From Octopus sinensis (lineage: Eukaryota): 64,000 bases of DNA. Position numbers and translations under genes: made by a program. The notes under the pieces are model-generated. The model saw only the letters and a list, made by a program, of their open reading frames with translations. It was not told the DNA's origin and did not search any database. Shown in pieces: positions 49,200 through 62,444 of this stretch (position 1 is its first letter; each line of letters begins with the position of its first letter). The stretch spans positions 29,760,001 through 29,824,000 of the forward strand of contig NC_043010.1 of assembly GCF_006345805.1 (NCBI RefSeq). Reading direction: 5' to 3'.

Positions 49200-49880
49200 A
49201 GTTCATCCAATATAGGACTAAGCTTAGTAGCTGCCAGACTCTTGGAATAGTCTAATGATTAGTCATCATATCAAGATTATCATCTTTCTGGAGTTTCACT
49301 GTTCCTTTATGTCAAACCATCATTGTTGGTCCACCATCCTCAGCGGTAGACACTATAATAGTTACTGGAATATTATTTAATGCCAGCTATTTCCATACTA
49401 CCTTATAGATATGTTGTACAGTAGTGGTAGTGGTCGTTTTTAAAGCTTCATTAAAATAATATCAATTTTGAGCTCTGTTGAAAACCATTCATTAGCAAGA
49501 AGGTTTTTTTCTTCTGTCACAAGCCGTATTTTAATCAAGAGCTCTTACAGGTAAAAAAAAACTGAGTTTATAACTAGTTTGAAGTTCATGTTTTATTCCT
49601 GTAGGTCAGTGAACCTTTCTTCATTCAGGTGTTTCGAGTATATCTTGAACATGGAGAGAAGCTCAAGTGGCTTCTCTCCATGTTCATGATACGCACTTTT
49701 GAGATGTCTTGCCAATATTCCTTGTGTCATGGAATCATGGCAAAAAGAAAAACGTAACAAACAGGATAGTTTGATGTCGTCTGTACCATCATAAATGAAC
49801 CAAACTTTTAAATATGGTACCAAATATTCACAAACCTTCTGATGTCCTTTTTTGTTATTTTGGATGTTCCATCCATACAA
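49200..49880 (-). mobile_element. Buster/Charlie-type hAT transposase relic (BED finger region onward)
   Basis: YLKVWFI...SCLLRFSFCHDSMTQGILARHLKSAYHEHGEKPLELL resembles YLKFGF...CxxC..NDSMKPSKLKRHL..H..KPLEFF. Downstream QTSYKLS and KLSPILDE match ASY and FSxQLDE motifs. Confidence 0.75.
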
Positions 49881-50149
49881 AAGATCCTGTGATTCAATTA
49901 CATAGAAACTCTAAAGGGTAGTTGAATTTTCTAGTTATTGGTCAAGGAATTTTGTTTAAGAACAGTAAGTGGTATTTTTCTTGAGAAATGGCTGTGTGGT
50001 TAAGAAATTTTCTCCCCCAACCATGTAGTTTTGGGTCCAATCCCACTGTGTTGCACCTAGGGTAAATGTCTTCTACTATGGCCTTGTGAGTGGATTTGAT
50101 AAATGGAAACTGTAAGAAACCTATTCTATGTTGTTTGTTCCTTTTCAAA

Positions 50150-50430
50150 CCACGTCTGGCTCATAAGGGCTGGTTTCCCGGTTTCCTTGGCGTATAGGTT
50201 CCCCACCTGGATGGGACACCTGTCTGTCGCAGGTGAGCTGCAACATGCAGGAGGAAAGAGTGAGAGAAAGTTGTGGCGAAAGAGTCAGCAGAAGTTCACC
50301 ATTACCTTCTGCCGGAGCTGTGTGGGGCTTAGGTGTTTCGCTCATAAACACACACATCGCCCAGTCTGTGATTCGGACCGGCGACCCCTCGACCGCAAGT
50401 CCGCTGCTCTAACCACTAGGCCATGTGCCT
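50150..50430 (-). mobile_element. tRNA-headed SINE with V/Meta-like core motif
   Basis: Minus head GGCCTAGTGGTTAGAGCAGCGGACTTGCGGTCG; body contains CCTGCGACAGACAGGTGTCCCATCCAGG. Confidence 0.65.
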
Positions 50431-50665
50431 CCACATTGTATGTGTGTGTGTTGTATTCTTGTCTAGACACTGTGGTGGTTGTAAATGAACATCACTGTTA
50501 TATAAGTAATGTTGTTCGTCTCCAGTCTTCTATGAAAAACATGTCTGGCCACAGGAAATATTATATTGCATGGAAACAGGTGTGGGTTGGTGACAGAAAG
50601 GGCATCCAGTTATAAAAAAATCTGCCTGACCCCTTACAAACATGGAAAAGTGGATGTTAAATGCT

Positions 50666-50913
50666 CATGATGTTGAATAAGCAACTGATAAAATCTAAAA
50701 TATGCTCCATGTGGTGTATAAATGAATCATGATGTTGAATAAGCAAGTGATAAAATCTAAAATATGCTCCATGTGGTGTATAAATGAATCATGATGTTGA
50801 ATAAGCAACTGATAAAATCTAAAATATGCTCCATGTGGTGTATAAATGAATCATGATGTTGAATAAGCAACTGATAAAATCTACAATATGCTCCATGTGG
50901 TGTATAAATGAAT
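50666..50913. repeat. 62-bp minisatellite, 4 copies
   Basis: Unit CATGATGTTGAATAAGCAACTGATAAAATCTAAAATATGCTCCATGTGGTGTATAAATGAAT starts at 50666, 50728, 50790 and 50852. Single substitutions in copies 2 and 4. Confidence 0.97.
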
Positions 50914-53900
50914 CATCATTATTTTCTCTTCGCTTTTTTTTTTCATGGTTGCAGCAAAGAAACTGGCAATTTTTATATTTTTACAGCTGGATGCCCTTCC
51001 TATCACCAACTACTTTGTAACATGGAATGGATGTATTCTATCATGCCACCAGCACCAGAGTTCTTTGCAGCAAGACTGAAAGGTCCTTTCTGACCTCCTG
51101 TTACTGCTTTCTCAGATGAATTACATTTGAGACAGTACAGGATTTCAGTGGAAGCCTACAACACTGGGGATGTCTTCACTGTCTAAGTAGAAGGAAAAAA
51201 CTTATTTTAACAATCTGTGACAGTTGCATTCACAATGCAGGAACTAAGAGAACTTACTGGATAGGTTGGATAGGATTATCACCTGTTAAACTTTATAGAT
51301 GAGGGCAGTGCTTGTACTTAGTTCTTGGCCAAGAGTTAAGAGAGAGAAAGATGGCTATGGGGACCAACAGTATCCAAACATATTGTTAAATACAGCTAAA
51401 CATATAGAGAAAGAGATAACAATGGTGGTTTGTGGCAAGGACTGGGGTGGGGTGGGAATCTAGCTACTAAGGGAACTAACTTATTGGCATAGAACACCCT
51501 CGTTTAAAGGATGGGTGACTGGTTATAAATATGGCCAGAACTGCTGGACACTGCCAATACTTATTTAACATAGTAAATTATGAAATATTAATAAATAATA
51601 AATAGTTAATTACTTCTCTTATCTTAGCTCTGAACTGGGCTATTTTCCAACTGCCTTCAAGCCTTAAATGGGGCCTGAGGTAGCTTACAACTTAAGACAT
51701 GAACATTTTCACAGGTGTGGCTATGTGGTAAGAAGCTTGCTTCCCAGTCGCATGGTAGTGAGTTCAGTCCCACTGCAAGGTGTCTTCTACTACAGCCTTG
51801 TAAAAGGATTTGGTAGCAGGAAACTGAAAGGAGTCTGCCATATATGTATGTGTGTCTTTGTCTCCTAGCACCACTTGACAACTGGTGTGGTTACGTTTAC
51901 ATTCCCATAACTCAGCAGCTAGGAAAAAGAGACCAATACAATAAGTACCAGGCTTTAAAAAAAATATACAAATTGGGTTTGATTCAATTGATTAAAAGAT
52001 TCTTCAAGGCGGTACCCAGTCTAAAGACTGAAAAAAGCAAAAGAGAAAGTGTCACTGATTTATAAAGTGTAAACTTAATTAGCTCTAATATTTTTGCAGT
52101 GATGCAATGACTAAATAACTGTCTCCTGATCTTTGTAATTTTGGTCTACATTGGAAATTAAATAATAAAAAAAAAAAAAAGATTAGAGTTGCAATTCACA
52201 TAAATTAAAACAAATACCTTTTATCTTTTAATCATTTCAGCCATTACATTGTGGTCATGCTGGAGCACTGCTTTGAAGAGTTTTTAGTCCAATGTATTGA
52301 TCCCCAGTACTTATTTTTTTTAAAGCCTGGTACTTATTCTATCAGTCTCTTTTTCACCAAGCTGCTAAGTTATGGGGATGTAAACACACCAGCACAAGTT
52401 GTCAAGCAGTGGTGGTGTGTGTGGGGGGGAAAAAAAAACAAAAAAACACATGGATATGACGGTTTCTTTTCAGCTTCTGTCAAACAAATCCACTAGCAAA
52501 GCTTTGGGTGGCCTGAGGTCTATAGTAGAAGACACTTGCCCAAGGTACAATGCTGAAGGACTGAACCTGGAACCATTTGGTTGGGAAGCAAGCTTCTTAC
52601 CACACAGCCACTCCTGTTCATGACTTATTTTACTTGTACCTTAGAATTCATAAGACTAGTTACCTGATTTCCAAGAAGTATAAGTGACTGAGATCACAAA
52701 ATTCCTCAAATCAGGATGCTGGTGGTTCAAAACCAGTGACTTTGAGGGGAGGGGACAAGCTGGTTACATTTTATCAATCTTGAAGAGATGAAAGTCAGAG
52801 TTGACCTTGGCAGGATTTGAACTCAGGAAGAAATGTTGCTAAGTATTTTGTCTGACTTGCTAAAAATCCTGCCAGCTCAAACCTCAGCTGTTTTAATGTT
52901 AAAACTTGAGGAAAACTATAAAACACTACTTATATCTTTTATCTGTTTCAATCATTAGATTGTGGCCATGCTGGGGCATTGCACTGCATTTTTAGCAAAT
53001 GAATCTACCTTTCACTCTGCAAAAGTCCTTTTGATGCCAACAAGGGTAGTAGCTTTCTGAACTTCCTCCATCTCTGCTTTCCCCCACCCCATCTTTATAC
53101 CCAGGTTTTTGTCAGTCACTGTAATCCCCATTCCCTACTTGCACCTTCTTGGCAATACCTGTCTATATTAAGACCTCTCTACCTTTAGGGCATGCCCTGG
53201 CAATTGCCATCATTTATCTCTCTCTTCCTTTCTCTACTATCCCATCTATTCTCTGATCCTTGTTACTTGTGAGTATACCCTAGCACTTCATCACCACCTC
53301 TCTCCTGCATTCTCTTGCTGTTTACCACTCTCTCTCTCTCTTTCCCTTGCCCTTCTCTATGACTGGGTAACTATGTATCTCCATTAGAGCAGCACACCTG
53401 TTTCTGCCTTCATTATTGATCACTCTGTTTCCTTCTCTTGCTTTTCCCTCTGGCTAGGTAACCAAGTATCTCCTTTACATCAGCACGTCTGTTTCTGCCC
53501 TCTTTCTTGTACCTCTCTCTCTCACTCTCACTGGGTAACCATGTATCTCCTCTATAGCAAGACACTTTTCTGCCTCTCTAAACCTTTTATCATCTGACAC
53601 AAGACCATCTCCTCCAATGCCCCCTCCCATCTCAAAATTCCTTGCCTTGCAGGTTACTTGGTGCCACATAAAACGCATCCAGTCCACTCTATAAAGTGGT
53701 TGGCATTTGGAAGGGCATCCAGCTGTAAAAATCCTGCTAAAGCTAACCTTGCCTGTGCTAGTGCCACATAAAAAACACTGAATCCACTCTGCAGAGTGGT
53801 TGGTGTTAGGAAGGGCATCCAGCTGTAAAAAGCCTGGCAAATCAGACAGAGTAACCTCAGGTAATCATGTGCCTGGCTGCCTCCTGTCAACTGCCCTACC

Positions 53901-54456
53901 CACACATGCATGGAAGACAGACGTTAAATGACGATGACGAATGGACCCCGTTACTTAGTTTTATTTCTTTTCAAAGTCTGCTACTTATTTAATTGGTCTC
54001 TTTTGCTGAACCCACTCAGTTATGAGGACATAAACACACCAACACTGGTTATCAAGTGGTGATGAGGAACAAATGCAGACACAAGACATACATATATATA
54101 CATGATGGGCTTCTTTGTTTCCATCTACCAAATCCACTCACAAAACTTTAGTTGGCCCGAGGCTATTGTAAAAAGCACTTGCCCAAGGTGCCACTCAGAG
54201 GGACTGAAACTGGAACCATGTGGTTGGGAAGTAAGCTTCTTATCACACAGCTGTCTTGTTTTATTAAGCTACTCTTGTGTTAACAAGATTGTCAATAATA
54301 CTGTTTTTCAAGTTAATCAAGTAAAAGTATGGATTTTCTATAGTCTTAAATTATAGTTTTGAATATCTGCAGTGCACTTAGATACTTGTGATACAAAATT
54401 AGACATTTCTCTAAATGTGGGCATAACCAGGATTTTGATCAAGGGGGTACACATTC

Positions 54457-54790
54457 TTGAATTCAGTCTATCATTCAGAGCACTGGGCAGAAATCACATC
54501 ACTTCTGTGCGGCTCGGTCGGCTACGCGATGCTCTGTTTTAATTAGACAGTCGGATTCCTCCGGTCCGTACCAGTTCCGAGTCGACTGTTCGCCGCCAGC
54601 CAAACGTCGTGGTGTGATGACTGACCCCATGTGAGGAGAAGCCGGGCCGTGCGCACCGATGTGACGGCGAGCCCGAAGCCGTGTCGCTTCACGGCATCCC
54701 AGGTGTGGAGCTGTGTTGTTCGCGCCCACTATGCCCCGTATGATACCGCACGCGTGCCGCCAGACGACTGCCCGACGCATGAGAAGGCCA
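54457..54790 (-). pseudogene. 28S rRNA gene fragment (conserved core plus adjacent expansion segment)
   Basis: CATTCAGAGCACTGGGCAGAAATCACATC and CGCGATGCTCTGTTTTAATTAGACAGTCGGATTCC match the reverse complement of conserved eukaryotic 28S, followed by a GC-rich variable tract. Confidence 0.9.
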
Positions 54791-56614
54791 CTTTGGTCAA
54801 TGGAACCTGCATTGAAGCTTGTTGTGCATGTGTGTGTTCTCCCACTCACAGCTTGATAACCAGTGTTGGTTTGTTTACATCTCTGTAACTTAGTGGTCTG
54901 GGTACAAGAGGCTAAACCAGGCATGGGCAAACTTTTTGCAGAAACGGGCCACATAAGACACGACTCATCATCAGGTGGGCTGCACAATTAAAAAAATTCA
55001 AGGTAATTTTTTTATTGGTGTGCCAGTCAGAAAGCCCTGAGTGTCACATTTAGTCCATGAATGGATAAATCCTTAGATTGAAGTCCAATAAGTGAAAGAA
55101 GTAAAACAAAAGATGTATGTTATGTACAAATATGCAACTGGGAGTGGAGTCATTCAATCGTATCTCACCCTGCTAATGTATGTCATCATCATCATCAACA
55201 TTTAGCATCTGTTTTTCATGCTGGCATGGGCTGGATGGCTTGACAGGAACTGGCAGAGCCAGAGGCTGCACCAAGTTCCACAGTCTGTTTTGGCTTGTTT
55301 TCTATGGCTTGATGCCCTTCCTAATGCCAACCATTCCAGAGTGTACTGGGTGCTTTTTGCATGGCACCAGTATCCACACCAATGCTTTTTACATAGCGCC
55401 TTGGTTCTAGGATCTCAATTCTGTTGTGGTCGTAGAAACACTTGGAAAATAAAGTAAATTGGTTTGCCAGGAAGATGAGGAAAAGTTGAATGTTTCAGAT
55501 AAAACACTTTGTAAGGAAAAAATGTTTTCTGTTGATTCTAAATTCTATAAATTGAAAGTAGTTTCCTCAGATCCTACTGTTTAATATTACAAGTCAGGAT
55601 CAGCAAAGGTTTACTACCTTTTTACCGTTTGTTTATCTTATAGATAGCATGAGACAGACAGGTCTGAAATATAAATGATATCCATTCTAACCACAGCTCC
55701 AATATTTCGGGCATGTGGCAAGAACAACTGAAGAAAGAATCATAAGACAGATTTGACAAAGCAGCCTAGCAGGAGATGAGTGAGATGATTGGATAATATT
55801 CATTGCCTCATATGGTCTTGCCTAGGGATCTGGCAGGAATGATTACTGACAGTTGTTTCTGATATGACTTTATAAGGTGTGTCTGAGGACACTGCTGCTA
55901 AGGCCTGCCAACTATGAAGATGGACGGTATTTTGTGTTATCACATCTATGAGACAGTCTCAAGGTCCTCTGATTTCCTTCTTGTAATATTTCACACCAAG
56001 AATTCCTTAGTTGACTATATGATGAATGTTTGTATGTGTGAGTGCATATATGTGCGTGTATATGTATGTGTATCATCATCATCGTTTAACGTCTGCTTTC
56101 CATGCTAGCATGGGTTGGACGATTTTGACTGAGGGCTGGCGAGCCAGATGGCTGCACCAGGCTCCAATCTTGATCTAGCAGAGTTTCTACAGCTGGATGC
56201 CCTTCCTAATGCCAACCACTGTGAGAGTGTAGTGGGTGCTATATATATATATAGTGGAGGAAGGAAATATTCAACAAAATTTCAAAAATTGCTTTCTTTT
56301 TCTTAAAAGTATATTTGAAACCTCATCTTTATCCATGCAAAATCTACAGTTTAATTCACACTCTTTCACAATGAAATTGATGGGTTGGTAATAAATAAGA
56401 GAGGAATCTCATCACTTTACATGCTCCTTGAGTCAAGTCAGTTTTTCCAACACACATCAGTGATTGCCAAGCCAATGGCAACAAAGCCTCTATGCTACAG
56501 GTGGGAACCCTCACCTACACTCAAATTTGAAATGACCTACACATGAAGTTCTCTAAAAACTTCATCTGAAAGAAATAAAAGTTGTAAATCTCAATGCTAA
56601 TACAGTTAACTTAA

Positions 56615-56798
56615 TACATCATATTTACTCATGTATAAGTTGCACTATTTTAGACTTGATTTTAAAGGAAAAAAAAAGCTGGGTTGTGATTAATATATAG
56701 AGCAAAGCTGAAATCAAGTTTGATTATGGAAATAAAAATTTTGTACGAATATTTAACATCAAAATAGGAGTGTGACTTATAAACAAGTAAATATGGTA
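56615..56798. mobile_element. pogo/Tc2-type MITE
   Basis: Imperfect TIRs CATATTTACTCATGTATAAGTTGCAC and GTGTGACTTATAAACAAGTAAATATGG, with TA at both ends. Confidence 0.65.
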
Positions 56799-57733
56799 AT
56801 TTGCATACTTCGAAATTTGTAATGTTAAAGGTAATTTTTTTTTTTTGGAGAAATGTTGTCCACAACTTCACAGGTTTCTATATACCTGTTCACAACCTCC
56901 ATGGATTGTTACATACCTGTAATTCACCTCAGGTCCTCAAAAGGTATCTCATCTATGCCCTATACCAACAAAAACAACAATAAAAGAGAAAAAGATTCAC
57001 AGGCACAAATGAATATTTATTGTCCGAGCAGAAAATGAAATTAATGAAGAAACAATGGTAGAGACATCAGCTCCCTTGGCGGTTATATAGTTCCAATGTC
57101 TTCCAAGGGATCTGGTATATTTCTGTCTCATTGAGTGGGTATATGCATAGACTGGGTGGTATAGTTGTATACATATATATACACACACATATAATGTGTA
57201 CATACATATGTACACGCACACACATACACATGCACAAGTGAGTGCACATATGTATGTGTATAATGTGTGTGCATATGTACATATATGTATAATTTTGTGG
57301 AAAGAAGTCAATGACTAATGAGCCTACTATGTATGTGTATACACACGTATCTATACATATAAAATACATATACACATACAGTTACTTATACAAATGCATA
57401 CATACATGCTTATATATATATACGCACACATATATATATATATATACACACAGAGATATATATGTGTGCGTATATACACACACACATATACATAAATTTT
57501 TATTGATAGACAGATAGACAGACAGAGAGGTAAGTAGATACACAGATGCACTAGTTAACACTATCTATTCTAGAGACAGGAGTTGTTCACTAAGATCAGG
57601 TAGGTATTGAGGCAAGTAAACTGCTGTCTTACCCAACAAACAATGATTGTTGCAAGGTTTTTGTGATGATTTCAGCACCAATTGCATAGTTACTTAGCAA
57701 AGAAGGGAAGAAATTTGTTGATATATACATGTG

Positions 57734-57767
<34 letters not shown>

Positions 57768-58680
57768 CACACACACACATGCACATATAGATATACATGC
57801 ATACATATACATACACGTGTACACACACACACATAAAACAAAGTAAAAAAAAATCTAGTTTGTAAATATTGTTATGTTGCCTGTAAAGTGTGCCATGTGA
57901 TAGCTATTCTCTAGTTAAAGGATTTATTCAAAACAATGGGATTGAGATGATGGGGTTGGAGTGTACCATAATGCTGTCATTTTTAGGTTTGGAAAGGTGG
58001 AGTGGAAGAAAAGGAAGACAACACAGACTAATAGTGTGTCCCTCTCCTCCACCACTGAGCAGTACAACAAATGGCATGAATGTCACCACCACCACTACCA
58101 TTTTCATCATTATCATCATCAACAAGAATGATTTAAAGATTTCTTTTTTCCACGACTCAAGGCCCAAGGTTTATAGGTGGCAAAAGGATTTCCCAACGAT
58201 GTAAAACAAATTTACATTATAAAAGAAAATCAGACAGCTCCTGCAAAGATGAAACTGATATACCGTTATGCTAGCCACCATATTTATAATTTTTATTAAT
58301 AATAAGAGTCTCTTTACATTGGCACAAGATACCCGATTTGTAAGTTGGGGGGGGGGGGTGTATATTCAGTTGAAATTGAGACTCCAGCAGGATTTGAATT
58401 GAGAAATTGGAATAGGGAAAAACCTAAAAACTACAATAGAGTCTCAGTTACCCGAATAATAATAAAAATGGTTTCAAATTTTGGCACAAGGCCAGCAAGT
58501 CTGGAGGGAAATAGTTGATTACATTGACCCCAATACTCAACTGGTACTTATTTTATCCACCCTGAAAGGATGAAAAGCAAAGTCAACCTTGGCAGAACTT
58601 CAACTCATAAAGTAAAGATAGACAAAATGCTGCTAAGCATTTTGCCTGGTGTGCTAATGATTCTGCTAGCACATTGCCTT

Positions 58681-58696
58681 AATAATAATAATAATG

Positions 58697-58778
<82 letters not shown>
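58681..58778. repeat. (TAA)n microsatellite
   Basis: Long AAT run abutting a minus-strand family B SINE. Similar run at 35660-35709. Confidence 0.98.
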
Positions 58779-58780
<2 letters not shown>

Positions 58781-59784
58781 GTCAACATTGACCCCCAACT
58801 GGAAAAGAAAGTGAACACTTTTCAGTTTGAAATCCCCTCACACACAAACAATACAACATACACACATTAATACACATTATGCATATACACAGCTAAAATG
58901 ATACATTGTCTCATACCATGATGAAATGATCGATCGGAGGAGGAAAAGAGTTTGGTAATGAATAATGGAGATGTGGGAAGGGAAGCAATGCTAAGAAGAA
59001 CACACTGGTGGCATAGGGGTTGGAACAAAGGCTGGTGTGGCAAAATTTGGATGAAGCTTTCGTTCCAATGAAAAGGGATGGGGTGTTTACACAGCCACCT
59101 GTGCAACCCTTGAGTCTCTTAATGAGTGTGTGTGTATGTGTGTGTAAATGTTGGTGACAAAGCAGAAAGGGAAAAGCATTTTTTATAGTTGAGAAAATGG
59201 TTGTTAAACCCTGTGTAAAGTTATAGTGAAGGGAGTGGGAATCAGTGTGATAGTATGAAAAAAGGTACAATAATGTACACTAATTGAAATATTTTGGACA
59301 ACAGTTTAAAAAATTTTTTTTTTCTACACACATACACACACACTCACCCTGTGTACAACAATATATGTGGTTGTGCGGGTTCATGCTGTATATGTACATA
59401 AATATATGTGTGTGTGTATATATGTATATATATATACAGACACATACATGTACATACGTGCATGCAAACACACAGAAACTGTGTTGCTTCCTTTTTGATT
59501 TTTTTTTTATTCTTAAAGGATTTTGTCTAGTACATATAAGTGTGTGTGTGAGTATACATACATTGTTTCTACCATAGGCACAAGGCCTGAAATTTTTCAG
59601 GGAGGGGCCAGTCAATTACACTGATCTCGGTGCTCAACTGGTACTTATTTTATCAACCCTGAAAGTATGAAAGGCAAAGTTGACCTCCGTAGCATTTGAA
59701 CTCAGAATGTAAAGACCTGGAAGAAATGCTGCTTAGCAATTTTTCTGGCACAGTATTAATTCTTTCAGCTCTCTGCCTTTGTTT

Positions 59785-59815
<31 letters not shown>

Positions 59816-59946
59816 TGTAGATACATTACATGTATGAATGGATGAAAAAGAAAGTAACCATGCAGGTAGACACATATACACACACATTAAAGTGTGTGTA
59901 ACACATATCTGCATGTGTGTGTGTGTATATTTATATATATATATAT

Positions 59947-59995
<49 letters not shown>

Positions 59996-60135
59996 TATGT
60001 ATGCCTGTATTTGTGTATAGATGTAAATGAATAAGTGGTTCTATGTATCTATGCATGCAGGCATGCATTACACGCTGACAAAAAAGATTCTCTACTCATG
60101 TGGATAGTAAATTACAAAATACCAGTTAAAAGTAT

Positions 60136-60169
<34 letters not shown>

Positions 60170-60179
60170 CGTTCTGATT

Positions 60180-60845
60180 TTGGCACAAGGCCAGATATTT
60201 TGAAGTGGGATAAGGGTAGTCAATACCATTGACCTCAGTACTTGACTGGTACTTTATTTAATCTACTCCAGAGGGATGAAAAGCAAAGTGAACCTCGGGG
60301 AATTTTGAACTTGGAATATGAAAGAGCAAGAAGTACTGCAAAACATTTTGACCATTGCTCAAATGATTCTGTGATTCCATCGCTATTAACAATAATTGTT
60401 TCTTAGATAGGCACAAGGCCAGAAATTTTGAGGGGATGGGGTAAGCTGATGCCGTCAACATCAGTACTTGGCTGGTATTTGATTGACCTCCAAAGGGTGA
60501 CAGGCAAAGTTGACTAAAATGGGATTTAAATGCAGAAAATAAAGAGACAGAAGAAATAATGTAAAACATTTTGTCTGTCACTCTATCGATTTTACCAGTC
60601 CACCTTCCTAATAATGATAATGATAACGATGATTTTTACATGGGCACAAGGCCAAAAATCTATGAAGTTGTGGGGTAGGTGAATAGCCAAGTATACTGAT
60701 ACCAGTATTTGACTGATACTTTATTTTAGTCGACCTTAGAAAGGTGAAGGCAAAGTCTATCTTAAAACCCAGAATGTAAAAGGAACGTAAGTCAACTACC
60801 CCAAGGCATTTTGCCTAAACGCTCAACTGATTCTGCCAAATGACA
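60180..60845 (-). mobile_element. Tandem run of three family B SINEs separated by (AAT)n
   Basis: GGCACAAGGCC recurs near 60182, 60410 and 60643, each preceded by AAT-rich runs. Bodies are reverse complements of family B. Confidence 0.75.
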
Positions 60846-61619
60846 TTAAAAATTCTTCTTAATAATAATAATAATAAAAAAATGGTATTAAGTGATAAAG
60901 AATTAATAAATGTATTGTTTTCTGTAGAAGCCAAGAGTTTCGTAGAAGTGGAGGTTGATTTTTTTTGCGGGTGTTTTTACAATTTTTTTTGCGCAATTGA
61001 TGCTGGAAACCACAAGAGTGGGACCTACACATCCGCAAGAAACATTTCGTTCTATTCTTTCCTTTTCTTTTTTCTCCTTCCAATGAGTAGCAGAGCGGAG
61101 GCAAAGATTTGGCATTTTCTGAGGAAAGTGGGGATTGGGTGAGAGTTTTAGGGAAACAAAGGAAGAACAAATAAACACTAATAAGAAACAGCAGCAACTG
61201 AAGCAAACAGCACCAGCCTGCAGAGAAAGAGAGTTATTTGGAGGTTGTATACAACACACTGTGTGTGCATGTGCATACATACATACATATATATATATAT
61301 AGATATATAAAAGTATGTATGTACATTTACATTTACAGTTCTCAAATGAAGACGGAGAAGACTACATCTCCAGAAAAGAACTATCTAGAATAAATACATA
61401 GGTATATGTGTGTGTGTGTGTGTGTGTGTGTAAGTATGATGTGATTTATGCATAAGATGTGTGTCCATTCATGTTCCTGATAAGCATTGCGCTTCAAATG
61501 AATATGCCATCTTGCTGTTTTAGTTAAAAGGTAATTAGAGAGCAATGTTTCCAATTCTACATTATAGGAAGGGACAGGCCCATACCCATCAGGGGGGAAG
61601 GGTGTTAGTATTAGTAATG

Positions 61620-62430
61620 TTACAATTTCATTTTTGGTTTTGTTGTTGAAAATGGTGCTGCTAGTTATTCTTGTTCAATTGCTGTTTTTTTTCTTTACTG
61701 CTGTTTCATTGCTGTTATGTTTTTACTGCTGTTGCTGCGGTCTGTTTTTGTTGTTTGACTGCTGTTGTTGCTGTGTTTTACAGTTGTTACTGTTTTTACT
61801 GCTATTGTTTTTTTTTTGTGGCTTTACTGATGCTGTTTCTGTTTTATTGCTGTTATTTGTTTTTACTGCTGCCATTTCTGGGGGATTTTTGGCTGTTTTA
61901 TTGCTGCTGCTTCTGTTTTACTACTGTTGTTGTTGGTTTAGTGCTGCTGCTGTTGTCATTTAATTATTGCTGCCATTACTATTATTAAATTGCACTCACT
62001 GCAATCACATTCATTGCTACAGCTCAAGTTGTTACAATTACTGCAAGGATGTTGCAAATGCAGCGGTTATTGTTGTTGCCATTACTTCCAACCTGTTGAT
62101 ACTAGCATTGTTGATGACATCAGTTCTTGCTTTTATCTCTGCTGGTGGTGTTATTGCAGGTGCTGTTGTAGCTCTTATTTCTATTGTCACAGCTGCTATT
62201 ACTAGCACTGCAGCTGCTGTTTTGGTTCTTAACATATTTGCAGCTATTCTTTAAAATGCTGCAGTTGTCTTTCAGTTTACTGCAGTCGTTTTCTATTTTA
62301 CAAATGCAGCAGCTGTATCTTAGTGTCACTTTTATACTGCAACTGCAGCTGTCATTATTTTCCTCCTGTTTACAAGTAAGTTTTCTGCAGCTCACAAGCT
62401 GCAGCTAATAATGCAGTTGTTGTTGTTTAT
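61620..62430. repeat. Degenerate CTG/TTG trinucleotide low-complexity tract
   Basis: About 800 bp of TGCTGTTGTT-like sequence immediately beyond the stop codon of the 62445 ZNF. Confidence 0.85.
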
Positions 62431-62444
62431 ACAGTGTTAGGTTG

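Noticed and set aside
50666-50913. CRISPR-like array
   Set aside because: The units are contiguous near-identical 62-mers with no unique spacers, there are no cas genes, and the context is eukaryotic.
54400-54460. R2 retrotransposon insertion in 28S
   Set aside because: 28S homology fades before the target site, and no R2 ORF or RT motif is adjacent.
61634-62408. Leu/Cys/Ala-rich ORFs resembling membrane proteins
   Set aside because: They arise from the degenerate CTG/TTG tract, which is open in several frames at once.
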